A stretch of 64,000 bases of DNA. Source: Octopus vulgaris (lineage: Eukaryota). The notes under the pieces were generated by a model. That model saw only the letters and a program-made list of their open reading frames with translations, was not told the DNA's origin and did not search any database. The stretch is taken from positions 55,242,001 to 55,306,000 of the forward strand of contig OX597824.1 of the NCBI GenBank assembly GCA_951406725.2, in the 5' to 3' direction. This document shows, one piece after another, positions 39,830-54,214 of this stretch. The position numbers were made by a program, and so were the translations under genes. Each line of letters starts with the position of its first letter. Position 1 is the stretch's first letter.

Positions 39830-42800
39830 AACCTCACCCCACATTCCCTTCCCAGTTTTCAGAGTTGGCACTGTCAATGTTGGCACAATGAAAGGTAGGT
39901 CTAGTGAGATTGTAGAGATGCTTGAAAGGAGATGGGTTGATGTATGCTGCATACAAGAGCTAAGATGGAGAGGAACTTCAGCTAGGGTCCTCACAGGCAA
40001 GGCACATAGGTATAAAGTCTTCTGACAAGGTAACATGGATGGTGTAGGGGGTGTAGGTATACTCCTTGCAGAGAAATGGGTGAATAAGGTTATAGAGGTT
40101 GTTAGGGTATGTAATAGAGTGCTTAAGCTCAGGCTAGTCCTGCAGAATAGCACAGCTACTATTATCTCTGTCTATGCCCCTCATGTGGGGCTACCAAATG
40201 ATCAGAAGGACCACTTTTATGATACCCTTCTACAGGCTATCTCAAAGACGGGTGGCAATGACCTCATCTTTGTGGCTGGAGACTTTAATGGGCATGTCAG
40301 ACGGGAATCAGGTATCTTCACTGGGGTACATGGTGGCCATGGTATTGGCACCTGGAATAATGAGGGAACCAGGCTACTAGAGTTCTGTGATGCATGTAAC
40401 CTTTTAATCTGCATCACTAACTTCATGAAGCCAGACAGCCACCTTATAACCTATCAATTGGGGGACTCTGCTAACCAGATTGATTTCATCCTCACAAGAC
40501 AGCGGGATGCAGAGTTGCTCTTAAATACAAAGACCCTCCCGAGTGAAGAATGTACCCCCCAGCATAGGCTAGTCGTTAATGACTGTAGGCTCGAGGCCAG
40601 AAGAATATCAAGAAGCAGACCAATCCAGAAAAGAAGAATTTGGAAGCTAAAGAACCCTTCACATGGTCAGAGATTTAAGGACATCTTCATCAATAAATTT
40701 GATGAGAGGGAGGAGGAGCTACGGACATCGGACATAGAAGGTAGCTGGAAATTCCTATGGGACAGCTTGTTGAGTGCCACAGACCAAGTCTGTGGCTGGT
40801 GCAAAGTCCCTTCCAGACCTACAGTTACGTGGTGGTGGAATAGTACTGTAGACAAAGCCATTAGAGCCAAGAAACAGGCCTGGAAAGCCTAGAAGGGTGG
40901 GGGTAGCAGGGAACTGTACCTGGTTGCCAAAAGGGAGGCTGGGCAGCTGGTATACATAGCCAAGAGCGAAGTGGGAAAGAAGAAGTTTGCCAATATCCAG
41001 CGACGTGAGGACCAAAGAACTGAGGTGTTTCGGATTGCAAGACAGTGTGTGAGAGAAAATTGTGATTTCACAGGAAAGAAATGTGTCTGAATGGATGATG
41101 GTGCACTTGCTTTTAATGATTCTGAAAAGAAAGAGGCTTGGAGAAGCCATTATGAAAGACTTCTGAATGTGGAGAATGAATGGGAGGAGGAGAGCCTGCC
41201 AAATGTTGACCCAGTAGAAGGACCAGCTATTTGTATAGTAGATAAAGCAATTAAGGGTATGAAGCCAGGAAAAGCCCCCGGCCCATCAGGAATCACTGCT
41301 GAGATGCTTAAAACATCTGGTGGTGTGGTCTAAGGCCTAGTCATCCGCATTGTAAACCAGTTCATAATGGAGTGTAGCAGCACCATAGTCAACTGCTACA
41401 AGGGTAAAGATGATGCTCTAGATAGAAATAACTACAGGGGTTTCAAACTGCTGGCTCAGGTGATGAAGGTCACGGAGAGGGTCATCGCCCATCTCATCAG
41501 GGAGAGAGTCTGCTTAGATGAGATGCCGTTCAGTTTTGTGCTGCGGTGTGTGTGAGGAGTTCGCCTTCCTACTTACTAGAACTTTGGTCTTTGCTACATT
41601 TTCCACTGATGAGAGGGTCCCCCAATTCCTGGTTTGACAACTGCAGGAGAAATACCTTTCTAAAGATAAACCCCTATACTTAGCTTTTGTGGACTTGGAG
41701 AAAGCCTTTGAGAGGGGCCCCAGATCCCTTATCTGGTGGGCGATGCAGAAACTGGAGATTGACGAATGGTTGATAAGGGCTGTATAGGTTGATAAGGCCC
41801 TATACAGAGAGGCCGTTAGTAAGGTTAGGATTGGCAATGAGTATGGTGAAGAATTTTGGGTAGAATTAGGCGTCCACCAAGGTTCAGCCCTCATTCACCT
41901 TCTATTCATCATAGTCCTCCAGGCAATAACAGAGGAATTCAAGATGGGTTACTCCTGGGAGCTCCTCTATGCTGATGACCTGGCCCTCATAGCAGAATCA
42001 CTACCGGAACTAGAAAAGAAATTTTGTGTGAAAGCTAGGTTTAGAATCAAAAGGCCTTAGAGTAAATGTAGCAAAGACCAAAGTTCTAGTAAGTAGGAAG
42101 GCGAACTCATCACACACACCCTCAAGTAGGTGGCCCTGCTCAATCTGTAAAAAAGGTGAAGGTAGAAACTCCATAAGATGTACCCATCTTATGGACACAT
42201 AAGAGGTGCAGCAACATCAAAGGAAAATTAACCGAGAAGATAGCTTTCATGTGAGGCAGATTCACAGGGGCAATGGACACCACAGATACTCAGAAAACAG
42301 ATTCCATCACACTCCAGGGGAAGAAACTAGAAGTAGTTGATAGTTTCTGCTACCTAAGTGACCAAGTTAGTAGTGGAGGTGGATGCTCAGAGAGTGTCAC
42401 CACTAGAATAAGTATAGCCTGGGCAAAGTTTAGAAAGCTTCTTCCCCTACTGGTGACAAAGGGTCTCTCGCTCAGAGTGAAATGTAGATTGTATGATGCA
42501 TGTGTGCGAACTGCCATACTTCACGGCAGTGAAACACAAGCCGTGACTGTGGGGGACATGCGTAGGCTTGAAAAAAATGAAGCTGGCATGATCCGCTGGA
42601 TGTGTAATGTCAGTGTCCATGCACGAAGAGTGTAAACGCACTGAGAGAAATGCTGGACATAAGAAGCATCAAATGTGGCATGCAGGAGAGATGTTTGCAT
42701 TGGTATGGTCATGTACTACGGATGGATGAGGAGAGATGTGTGAAGTGCCGCTCCCAAACTGTTGAAGGAATCCGGGATAGAGGTAGATGCAGGAAGACAT

Positions 42801-43020
42801 GGAATGAGGTGGTCAAGCATGACCTTCGAATGTTGGGCCTCACAGATGCTATGACGAAAGACCATGACCTCTGGAGATATGCTGTGACTGCAAAGACCCA
42901 ACAAATGAAGTGAGTTCATGGCTCCCAGGATGGCCTGCTGTGCTAACCTTGGATCGTAGGGCAGCTTGCTGTGCTAACCTTGGATCGTAGGGTGGCCTGC
43001 TGTACTTGAGGAGACCTATT
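39830..43020 (+). mobile_element. Near full-length degenerate RTE LINE (APE + RT)
   Basis: TVNVGTM, CIQELRW, GVGILL, VYAP, AGDFNGH, QIDFIL, KAPGPSG, FVDLEKAF, GVHQGS, YADD, LHWYGHV. Confidence 0.9.
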
Positions 43021-43477
43021 GATGACCTGGCCCTCATAGCAGAATCACTACCGGAACTAGAAAAGAAATTTGTGTGTGTGAAAGCTAGGTTTAGAATCAA
43101 AAGGCTTTAGAGTAAATGTAGCAAAGACCAAAGTTCTAGTTAGTAGGAAGGCGAACTCATCACACACACCCTCAAGTAGATGGTCCTGCTCGATCTGTAG
43201 AAAAGGTGAAGGTAGAAACTCCATAAGATGTACCCATCTTATGGACACATAAGAGGTGCAGCAACATCAAAGGAAAATTAACCGAGAAGATAGCTTTCGT
43301 GTGTGGCAGATGCACAGGGGCAATAGACACTACAGATACTCAGAAAACAGATTCCATCACACTCCAGGGCAAGAAACTAGAAGTAGTTGATAGTTTCTGC
43401 TACCTAAGTGACCAAGTTAGTAGTGGAGTTGGATGTTCAGAGAGTGTTACCACTAGAATAAGTATAGCCTGGGCAAA
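43021..43477 (+). repeat. Local direct duplication of RTE segment 41974-42428
   Basis: Near-identical sequence including a shared deletion. Confidence 0.85.
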
Positions 43478-44003
43478 GTACATCTACATCAAAATAAAAT
43501 TCAAATGGATATTGTAGTTGTGATACCCGTGCCGGTGACATGTTGGGCCTCACAGAGGAAATGAGAAAAGACCGAGACCTCTGAGATATGCTGTGACTAC
43601 GAAGACCCGACAAATGAAGTGAGTTCATGGCTCGCAGGACGGCCTGCTGTGATAACCTTGGATCGTAGAGTGACCTGCTGTGCTTGAGTCAAGAACATTA
43701 ACATCAACATCAAAATAAAAATCAAATGGAAATTGTAGTTATGATACCCATGCCGGTGGCACATAAAAAGCACCATCCGAACATGGCTGATGCCAGCTCT
43801 GCCTGACTGGCGTCCATGTTGGTGACACGTAAAAAGCACCAACGGCATGGGTGGCATTAGGAAGGGCATCCAGCCATAGAAACACTGCCTGATCAGACTG
43901 GAGCCTGGTGCAGCCTCCTGGCTTCCCTGACCCCGGTTGAACCGTCCAACCCATGCTAGCATGGAAAACAGACGTTAAACGATGATGATGATGATGATGA
44001 TGA
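43478..44003 (+). mobile_element. RTE 3' end/SINE-like repeat with (GAT)n tail
   Basis: Family terminal motif. Confidence 0.75.
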
Positions 44004-44879
44004 TATATCTTTTTGCAAACAACTTGCAAATGCAAGTGCTACCAGATGAAAGCTCCAGATACTGGATGCTAGCAAGTTTATGAGATCATCAGGAGAGAAG
44101 GTTTTGGGGCCTTCTTCTCAATGGCATCATTGCACACCATCTACTCCTTCACTGAAATGAAGCCCCACTTGCTAGATCAACTGGTTATATATTTTGCTCA
44201 ATATTTTTCTACCCATTACTCATTGTCCCTTTTTAACCAAACCCAGTAGCTTACCTTCTCCACTGTAGTCTGGTTATCACTCATGATGGTATTTGCTTCA
44301 AGATGAGTTAGGCTCATGTGTCCAATGAATCCTCTACATCCAACTTTGATTCGAAAATGTTCTGCTTTCCAGCCTGCGTTTTCACATTTCTTGAGGAGGT
44401 CTTTATAATAGTTGATCTTTCAAGCCCAAGCGGCATTCATGCTATTTTCATGAGGAATCATTATCTTGACTAGATTTACTACTTTCTTTCATACCTTTTA
44501 TGAAAATATCTGGTCTTTTCCTAACTGGAATGGGAAAGAATCCACTGCCATCACATTTATATTCTGATCCCCTAATATAAAAGTATACCATGGTACTTCC
44601 CCATCATCTTTCTCTTACTCTCTCTTGCACTCTTTCTTTCTCTTATTCTTGATCACTCACTCTCTCTTTCCATCTCTCTAGCAATAGGACAAAATTTATA
44701 TTATTTGCTCTCAACCGAAGCAAGGCTCCTTCTAAGTGGTTAACCACGTATCTCCTCTATAACAAGACACCTTTTTCTATCTCTCTGTCACACTTTAACC
44801 TCTCATCCCCTGGCACAAGGCCACCTCCTCCAATCCACCCCTCCTCAAAGTATCTTTGTCATGCAAGTTATTTGGTGAT

Positions 44880-45125
44880 GCATCCAGTCCACACTATAAA
44901 GTGGTTGGTGTTTGGAAGGATATCCAGCTATAAAACCATGCCAAAAGAGGTCACACTGGTGTTGGTGCCATGTAAAGAGCACTCAGTCTACTCTGAAAGA
45001 TGGTTGGTGTGAGGAAGGGTATCCAGCTGTAAAATCCCTGCTAAAACACGCAGTGAAGCCTGGTGCAGTCTTCTGCCTAGCCAGCCCCTGTGAGCATAGA
45101 AAACAGACATTAAATGATGATGATT
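44880..45125 (+). mobile_element. Old RTE-tail SINE-like relic
   Basis: Diverged ggaagggtatccagctgtaaaa...taaatgatgatgat. Confidence 0.5.
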
Positions 45126-46091
45126 CATACATGCAGGGCTACCCTTAAGCTGACTGGACCAATTGCTCCCAATCGGGCCCTGCATTCAAGGGAGCCCTGC
45201 ATTCAAGAGGCCACATTCTATACTGCGACATTTTAAAATAATCTACATGATCTTTGAAGAAAAAAAGAAAAAACATACTTCCTACACAAGATATCAAAAG
45301 ATAGACCCATCCAAAACTACTTGGGTCAGCAGCTGAGTTTGAAGAAATTTATTGTATTTTTAGTGTAAGGGTCAACATGTGTTTGCACGTGAATGTTTGG
45401 GAGTATATATGGGGATGTTTGGTTAAAATATTTGTGTGTCTGTGAGAATATGTATGTGGGTGAATTGTATGTATATATGTGTGCATATATTTGTGTGTCA
45501 GTTTCTTTAAATATGTTTAATTTTGGGGAAACTTTTTTTATTTCAATAAAGTGTATTTTATATATGTGTCTGTGAGTGTGTATGTGTGTGTGTGTGCACA
45601 TGCATGTATGTATTAAAGAAAGCAAAAATATAAAAATGATTAAAGCAAAAGGCTAAATGGATGTGTATGTGTAAAAGAGTGTAGTACTCAGTATTTTGGC
45701 TACAATGTTTAAAGGTTAAAAGTTCAATGATTTTTGAAAGTGGTTTGGTTGAGGTTTTTGTATTTATGTGTATGATTGTATGTATTTTTATTTCGTGGAG
45801 AATTGTATACATTTGTGAGTGTATGTGTGTGTGTAGTGAGAGAAAGATGGGGGAGGTGAGATAAAATTTCTTGTCTCTTGTTCAAACGAGAAAATTTCTT
45901 TGCAATGGCATCCATTCAGGTTTTGGACAAGAACAAATTCACAGCCACACACACACAAACATGCACGCACACACACACAAGCACACATGAGGCTATAGTA
46001 GGAGACATTTGGTGTCACACATTGGTACTAAATCCAGAAACATATAGCTAAGAAACAAAGTCCTTGTAACAGAGCCTATAGAAAAAAATAA

Positions 46092-48410
46092 CACTGGCCA
46101 ACAGCCAATTTTCATCAGGGATATTATATGGTGTTTTATATGTACTTTTGTCTGCAGTTTTAAAAAATATAATCGGTTTCCTTCTATCAGGCACAGTTTT
46201 TCTGATGAGATAAGAGAGGTATATAACTCCCATCAGCAGTATTGCTACATGTAAACATCTTATACAGGTAAATTCTAACTTCTGTTTTATAATTATTTGT
46301 ATTCATATTGCAATTTTATGTTTTCATAATCTTTTCTTTTCATAAATTTTGCTTTCTGTTTAAAGTGCCAAATCATCTTGCTTTCTGTTTAAAGTGCCAA
46401 ATCATCATCATCATCAAATTCTACTCAGGATGTTAAGGCATTGCAAGAACAGTCCTGATATATTTTGTCATGTCTGTGGTTCATTTACCACCAAAGCTCA
46501 GCAATGTGCCATCACAAGTGAAATCAAGAAGATCTACCAGTTATACTTTGGCTGCTCTCTCAGGGCCCTGTATATCATCTGCTCAGCTTATTCAAATGGA
46601 CAAAGGGATTGGCTAAATAATAGGAAGAGAGCAATGCCGTTTGGATTGGCTAAATAAGAGGAAGAGAGCAATGCCGTTTGCAATACCTACGATATGGAGA
46701 GAGCCAAAGGATCATTTCATGGACTGTTATTTCTGCAATGTTAATGTATGTGGGTTTACTGTAAAGACCAAGCATAAGATTGTGTATCCCAACTTGGAAT
46801 CAGCAAAAAGACCAGTACCGCACAATGATGATGATCTTCCTATTTCAATACCACCAGAAAATAGCCTTCAGATATCTGATGAAGATGTATTTCCGGAAGA
46901 AAATACTACTGCTGTGGAAGACACCAAAATGGATGCAGATTTCACAATTGAAAATGAAGATGTACCATAGAAATTTTCTCAAGGAGAGTTAAATGATTTA
47001 GTTAGAGACTTGTCATTGTTGAAGGATAAAGCTGAACTATTAGCATCTCGCCTACAAGAAAAGTGTCTGCTTAAGAAAGATGTTTGTATTACTCATTTCA
47101 GGAAGAGAAATAGGGATCTGACTTCATGCTTCTCTGTTGATGAACCACTTTGTTTTAGTAATAGCACTGATGAGTTATTTCACTGTTTGTTCCAAGAGCA
47201 TATTCCGGCTGAATGGCGCTTATTCATTGATTCATCCAAGAGAAGCCTCAAGGCAATACTACTACACAACGGCAATAAGAAACCATCCATTCCCATAGGA
47301 CATTCAGTGCACATGAAGGAGTGTTATGAAAACATGCACGTACTCCTCAATGCCATAATGTATACAAACTACAGCTGGAAAATATGTGGAGATTTGGAGG
47401 TGATTGGAATGTTGATGGGAATGCAATCTGGGTTCATGAAATATTGTTGCATTTTATGCCTATGGGACAGTCGTGCAACTAACAAGCACTATGTGCAATC
47501 AGAGTGGCCTTTGTGAAAATCATATGAGCCAGGAGTTTCTAGCATCCAGAGTAAGCCACTTTTAAAACCAGAAAATGTTCTTCTTCCACCTTTTCACATA
47601 AAGCTTGGCCTCATGAAACAATTCGTGAAGAAACTTGCCAGGGAAAGCTGAAAAGGTTTTGAGTATGTGAAGGTCAAATTTCCAAAATTCACCGAGGCAA
47701 AACTAAAGGAGGGTGTATTCATAGGTCCGCAGATAAAAGAACTCCTGAAGGACAACCACTTCCTCACAGCACTGGATGAAATTGAGCTTAAAGCCTGGGA
47801 ATCCTTCAAATGGCTCTGTGAAAATTTCCTAGGCAACAAGAGATCTCTAGAGTTTAGAAATGGAGCAAAATGTCTTCTAGACTCCTACACTGCAATGGGC
47901 TGTCAGATGTCATTAAAAGTCCATTTCCTTGATTCACATCTGGACTCTTTTGCAGAGAACTTTAGAACCGTGTCTGATGAGCAAGGGGAATGCTTTCATC
48001 AAGATATTGCATCGATACAACAACGATATCAAGGATTTTGGAATGCAGGAATGTTAGCTGAATACTATTGGATGTTATACAGGGATGAACCTGAGATAAA
48101 ACACCATAGAAAGTCTAAATCCCAAAGATTTTAAGTTTATGCATTTGAGTATATTCTAACTTATTTGTACACATTAATTTTAATTTTGTACAATAAAAAG
48201 CCATGAAATTATTGTATCTTGCATTCAGTATACTTTATATAGACATGCTTTACGTATCCTATAAGTTAAAACAGCAGGTATCATTAACATGAAAATGTGA
48301 CCTGATAGAGGAAATAGGACTTCAGATTTGTAATCAGCATCAGAAATTAACCCATAAAAGTCAATCAGCAACTCTGATGATTAAAAAGAGTTTCATTTTG
48401 TTGACCAGTG
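46092..48410 (+). mobile_element. Chapaev3-like (CMC) DNA transposon, complete ends, decayed transposase
   Basis: TIR cactgg(c/t)caaca, 3-bp TSD TAA; CHVCG, WREPKDH..DCYFC, WRLFIDSSKRSLKA, ICGDL, CILCLWDSRA, HIKLGLMK, KEGVFIGPQI, VSDEQGECFHQDI. Superfamily assigned from memory of termini and motifs. Confidence 0.75.
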
Positions 48411-49959
48411 TAATCAGTAAGTATATAACTAGCTACAATGCAAAAAAAGCACGGAAAATTCTAACAAAAACAGGGAAATTCAAACAGTTATGTTTCCTAT
48501 AGGGGCAGGTGGGGCACAATGAGTAATATTTACTGCATTTTTGAGTTTGATGAAAATGTTTTTTTACAAATGTTCATTACCTTGCCAAAACTGTATCAGC
48601 TATGAAAAGACCTTATCTAAATGCAGTAAAAACTATAACATACTCAGAACATTATTTCAGAAAATTATCAACATTCTCTTTGAGCATATAAATGACAAAT
48701 TTAGCCGAGGCAAAACGAGTAAGGCAAGATAAGATAAATTTGCCACTTCAGTTCTCCAAAATTACATTTAAAAAAAGACTCGTACACATCAATATTTATC
48801 CTCTGGCATTAGAAAGATCAAAAATGCAACAAAAATTTAAAATATCTTGGTCAAATGAAATGGAATCATGGAAAAATGTCGCTTGACTAAATCTAAAAGC
48901 TCAAAATATTCGATAGTTTCTTCGCGGAAAACGGACGTTAAACGATGATGATGATAAGCTGCTGGAGTGCACCAAACAGTTACAGAGAAGAAATTATTAA
49001 AATTAGTCATTACTCATTTTGCCCCAATTTAGGTATTTTTTTTCTTATTTTTTTTTGAAACTTGAAGATTATCAAATTAGATATTAATGTGAGTAAAAAT
49101 TGATGGGGAATCCAACAGAGAAAAGAATATTGATGATTAAACACCAAAAATTATCCAGACATATCATAAGCTACGCATACCTGAATTACAGTCAATCAAA
49201 TTTGAAGAAAACTTTTTTTGTAAAAAATACTTGTCACCTATGCTTCAAACTCTCTCTGCTTCAACAACTACATAAACTATACTGACTAATTTTTACTCCA
49301 AAAGATGATGCAATGGTACAAAATGGAAATGCAATACTTGCAATGTAGTGGTTGAAAGCAGGTAGGGTAACAAGAAATCAGAAATTACTAATTTTTCCCC
49401 AGTTACCATTTTTGCTCCATTTCCATTTAGTAATTTCAGGTGTTTGAAAGAATGATGAAAAATAAAGGAAAAATAAAAAAGAAAAAAGTTTGATCTAATG
49501 AAAAACATTTGAATATATATGCAATAATTCTAAAACAGGAAAAAGTGCTTTTAGCTGTTGAGAGATGTAATTTTACAATTAAAACTAAATTCAAAATTTA
49601 AATTTTGGAACATATTCTTTACTTGTTTCTTAAAATAAGACCAGTTTCCAATGCCAAACTGAAATAATTAAGTTTAGAAGTAGCAATGTATGTGTGTGAG
49701 TGTGTACCTTTAACTGCAAGTGGTTAAGCCAAGGCTCAGTCATGCATTGAAAGAAGGAATTTGACCTAGAGAAAATAACTTCTTTCTATCAATCTCTTTA
49801 CCTGTATATGCATTCATACTTACATGCATGCACACACAGGTGCATGCATACACACACACACACACACACACATACATACATACATTTTCAGGAGTGTTCT
49901 GTTGGTTCCTTTTTCTCTGTTATTGTCCCAAAAAGCAGCTACAAATCCCTTGGGAATTG

Positions 49960-50940
49960 TAACTGCTTTGGATTATCAAGAGAGAAGCAAGATGAGAGTT
50001 TCCCAAGATCAGCAAAGGCATGCTACAGCACACCTAATGGGCTCTCAAAACAAAAGCAAGATGAGGCGTCCTCAAGATCTGCAAAGGCATGCTGCAGCAC
50101 ATCAGACTGAGTCGCAATACAGAAGGGAGATGAGAATTTCCAAAGATCAGCAGATTCATGCTTCAGCATGTCAAATGGAGTCTCAAGACAGAAGCATGAT
50201 GAGACTTTCTGAAGATCAGCATATGCATGCTGCAGCACGTAAGATGGAGTCTCAAGTGAGAAGGGAGTTAAGGCTTCTGCAAGATCAGCAAATACATGTT
50301 GCAACACGTACCAAGATAGAAAGAGATTAGACTTTCTCAAGCTCAGCAAATGCATGCTGCAGCATATCAAATGGAGATGAGACTTTCTGAAGATTGGCAA
50401 AAGCATGCTGCAACATGTCAAATGGATTCTCAATAAACAAGAGAGATGAGACTTTCACAAGATCAGCAAACGACATGCAACAGCACATCAGCTGGAATCT
50501 CAATACACAAGAGAGAGGAGATTTTCCCAAGATCAGCAAATGCATGCTGCAGCACATCAAATGGAGTCACAAGACAGAAGCAAGATGAGACTTTCCAACG
50601 ATCAGCGAAGGTATGTTGCAGCACATCAGATGGAGTCTCAAGTGAGAAAGGAGATGAGACTTCCCCAAGATAATCAAACACATACTGCAGCACGTGTAAT
50701 GTTGTATCAAGAGAGAAGGGAGATTAGACATTCTCAAGCTCAGCAAAAGCATGCTGCAGCACATCAAATGGATTCTCAGTAAAGAAGGGAGATGATACTT
50801 TTGCAAGATCAGCAAAAAGATGCTGCAGCACGTGAAATAGAGTCTCAATAGAGAAGGGAGATGAGAATTTCCCAAGATCAGCAAATGCATGCTGCAGCAT
50901 GTCAGGTGCAGATTCTTGAGAGACAGGAGGTGATCTCAAA
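49960..50940 (+). repeat. 69-bp tandem repeat encoding 23-aa STPR-like units (probable Helitron RepHel N-terminal relic)
   Basis: GAGTCTCAA at 50178 and 50247 (69-bp period); unit ESQDRSxMRLSxDQQxHAAAxQM, roughly 14 decayed copies. Confidence 0.6.
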
Positions 50941-51099
50941 ATCCTGCTAGACTTTTCTCAGATTTATAACATGACATTGTTTTTGTTATCCTCAATCTTC
51001 ATTCCAAAGATGAAGCTTTGTATCATTGTCAGAAACCAGCTCCTTCTTCAGAGGAAGAATTTAGATGATTAAAAACAAGAGAGAAACACATATGCATGC

Positions 51100-53890
51100 A
51101 TACAATTTGGTGATACAGGATTCAAAGACCTAAATTCTAAGCTGCACCAGCTGAAACAACAACTCACAGCTACAGCTGAAAACTAGGGTATGGATCTACA
51201 ACACACGAACAGCAAATGTTCAATATCATTTGCCAGAAATCCCAAGTCAGTTTATCACAGCTTCAATGTGAAAACCTCAATCTGTGTAAAAGATCAGGTT
51301 GAGTGCTGCTACTGGAGATCTGTATAAGAAATAATTGATGAATTCAACAAACAAGCTGTATAGATAAAAAAACTAGAGCAGGACTACTGCAGGCATATCC
51401 AGCAAAAGCAATATGAAGTAAAAATTGAAATACTGGAAACAGTTCTGCAGAAATTGTCATGCCCAGGCCAAGACCTCATAACAAGTTACTGGCTGAAGAA
51501 TTTCACTTTTATCAGCAAGATCTCATACTGTTGTATGGAGAAAGTATAAAGGGCACACAAGAACAGCCCCAATGGTTATCAACTGCAACCACTCTCCTCA
51601 TCCTCAAAAATAACCAAACTACACTTACTAAAAATTACTGCCCTACAGCCTGCTAAAACAACATGTACAAATTATACACTGGGTGTCTCAATCTATTTTT
51701 GCAGGATCATTGTGCCACCAACAGCATTATAACACCTGAGCAAGTTGAGGGAAAGAAGGAAGTGTAGGGCTGCATACAACAGCTATGAATTAAAACAATC
51801 CAAGAAAAAGCAGAAAAAAACTTTACAGTAACTTGGCTGGACTACAAGAATGCTTTTGATAATATACCACATAGATGGATTATCAAGGCTTTACAGCTGG
51901 CCAAAGTTCCACAATCATTAGTGAGTGCTGTTAAACACCTGACCAATAATTGGTTCATCACTTTGCTCCTCAGAAGTGATAAGGAGCAGATTAAGTTGGA
52001 TAGCATTCACTATCAAATAGGTATCTTTCAGGGTGATAGCCTGTCAGTGTTACTCTTTGTCCTCTCATTAAATCCACTATCATACCTGCTCACAAAGCAT
52101 AGTGACCAGAGAAATGGATCCAGAAGTATCGCTCATCTTTTCTTTGTCAATGACCTGAAATATCAACCACAGGAAAAAACATTTGGACCCAATTTCTGTA
52201 GGAAATTGGGATGAAATTTGGTGAATTCAAATGTGCATTTTAAACGATAAAACGGAGAAAAGTTGTGCCCTCCTCTGGAAACCCAAGAATAAACAGCTTA
52301 ACAATAGAAACCCTATAGTCAGGTGACAATTATTGGTATCTTGGACAAGATGGGTATATCAGATATTACAGATTTATAAATAAGGAGAGGACCAGAAATG
52401 AATACCTCAGGAGAGCAAAGAAAATATGGTTATCAGAACTCTCAACTTACAACAAGCATATCATCCACAACACTTTTGCAGTGCTTACATTTGATCTTTT
52501 GAACTGGTCATGGCAAGAACTCAATGAGACAGATGTTTGAACTTGCAAGCTATTCAGTGTTACAGGAAACTTCAACATCAATGGAGATGTAGACAGGCTA
52601 TACTTCCCATGCAAGGATGGTGGCTGTGGTTTCAAATCTGTATTGGTGTCATATGAAGTATAGATTGTGGCACTAAAATAACATCTGCAGTAGAGGAAAG
52701 AGACCAGTAACTATCTTGCCTAAGTTTGTGACCATGAAATCTACGACATAATTAGGATAGTTAATATACTTGAGGAGAGGTATAAAATAAGAGCTGATTA
52801 CAGATCTCTCCCTAAGGGGCATTGATAAACAACAAAATTTAAAAAATAGACCAGTTCAATGAGAAGATAGTACGTGGGTACTTGTCACATAAAATGCAAG
52901 CCATACAAGGGATTGATCATGTTAAAAGCTTCGCATAGAGTACTGAAAGCTGCATCTATGCAATCCAAGAACAAGAGATCCCCACATGCTGAGAGACCAA
53001 GACTGAAGACATCAACTACATTATTGCCAACTGTGAGCAAATGTCTTCCTGATATTATCTTCCCATGAGGCATAATGTTGTGGCCAGAATAGTCTGGAAC
53101 AGAATTACAAAAAAGAAAATACCTACAAACGAAGTTGACCATATTGAGGCAGATGGGTAAAAAAATATTGATGGAAATTAAAGATTAAAACAGCTATCAA
53201 GTTAAAGCACAACCGACCACAAAGAAAAGATATGTTCTGTTGTGGAAATCAGCTGTGTCCTCTGGGCACAAATATGGTTAGAAAAATACAAGAGAAAGAA
53301 GACATATATGTACCTTAAGGTTAATTTAGGAAAGACTAAAGTACGACTAACTGACAGAACCCTACCCACCTCAGATAGGTGGCCATGTTTGATTTGTAGG
53401 AAAGGTGTAAGCAGGAACTCCATACAGTGTAAGCTATGGACACACAAGAGGTGCAGTGGATTAATAGGAAGGTTATCAGAGAAGATAGTTTTCATATATG
53501 GAAGATGTACAGAATCCATAAAAACTTTAGAGACTCTGGAAATTGATTCTCTCAAATGCCCTTGTGACTCATTAGAGGTAGTAGGTAATTTCTACTACCT
53601 AGGGGACCAAATTATTAGTGGGAAATGATGCACAGAGAGTGTGATAGCTAGAATAAGAACAGGATGGAGGAAATTTAAGCCTTAAATCTACATGCTACAT
53701 CATGTCGACCTGATATGGCATGTCATTTCAGCCTGCTACAGATCTGATATAATGATTTGGGATAGAGAAGAGAAATTGTGTACAGCTGTGGAAATCAGTT
53801 ACCCCAGCAGATGTTAACATAAAGCTGAAGATCAGTGAAAAAGAGAATCTGCAGTTATTCTATCCAGACTACAAGTTAAGGTTTATACAC
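51100..53890 (+). mobile_element. Heavily decayed R4/Dong-like (restriction-endonuclease-type) non-LTR element, with an RTE fragment inserted at ~53310-53680
   Basis: YCPTAC, WLDYKNAFD.IPH.WII, GIFQGDSLSVLLF, HLFFVNDLK, DRLYFPCKDGG, AIQEQEI, DIMIWDREEK..AVEIS. Confidence 0.65.
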
Positions 53891-54214
53891 TCACACACAC
53901 ATACGTCCACTGTCTGAAGTTTTGAATTTTCTTATTGGAATAAGAGCTTCTCCTCCAGATTTCTGTTACTTAAGCTAGCCTCAATCAGCTATAAGTGACA
54001 AGTAGAAGACGTCATAATTATATTTGTCAAAATATGCACTGAAATTAATTTGTTCGACTGTCCTCAATTTACATAGTGGTCGATCATTGCCTCCACTAGG
54101 AATTAATATTGAATATCGGTGTCATAAGTATGACGCTGTTCCAAGGGAAATAACTTTCAATATACTCAATACAACACAGTCGAGGCTTGTTGGAGCGTAT
54201 ACGTGTCAGCCAAC

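Noticed and set aside
48500-49425. ggggca.../...tgcccc motifs suggesting a DNA transposon relic
   Set aside because: Could not define TIRs, TSD or coding remnants
54203-54214. GTG start given by the ORF track, and a bacterial contaminant/phn operon interpretation
   Set aside because: Eukaryotic context with an ATG at 54215; no phnX or other operon genes; flanks are host repeats
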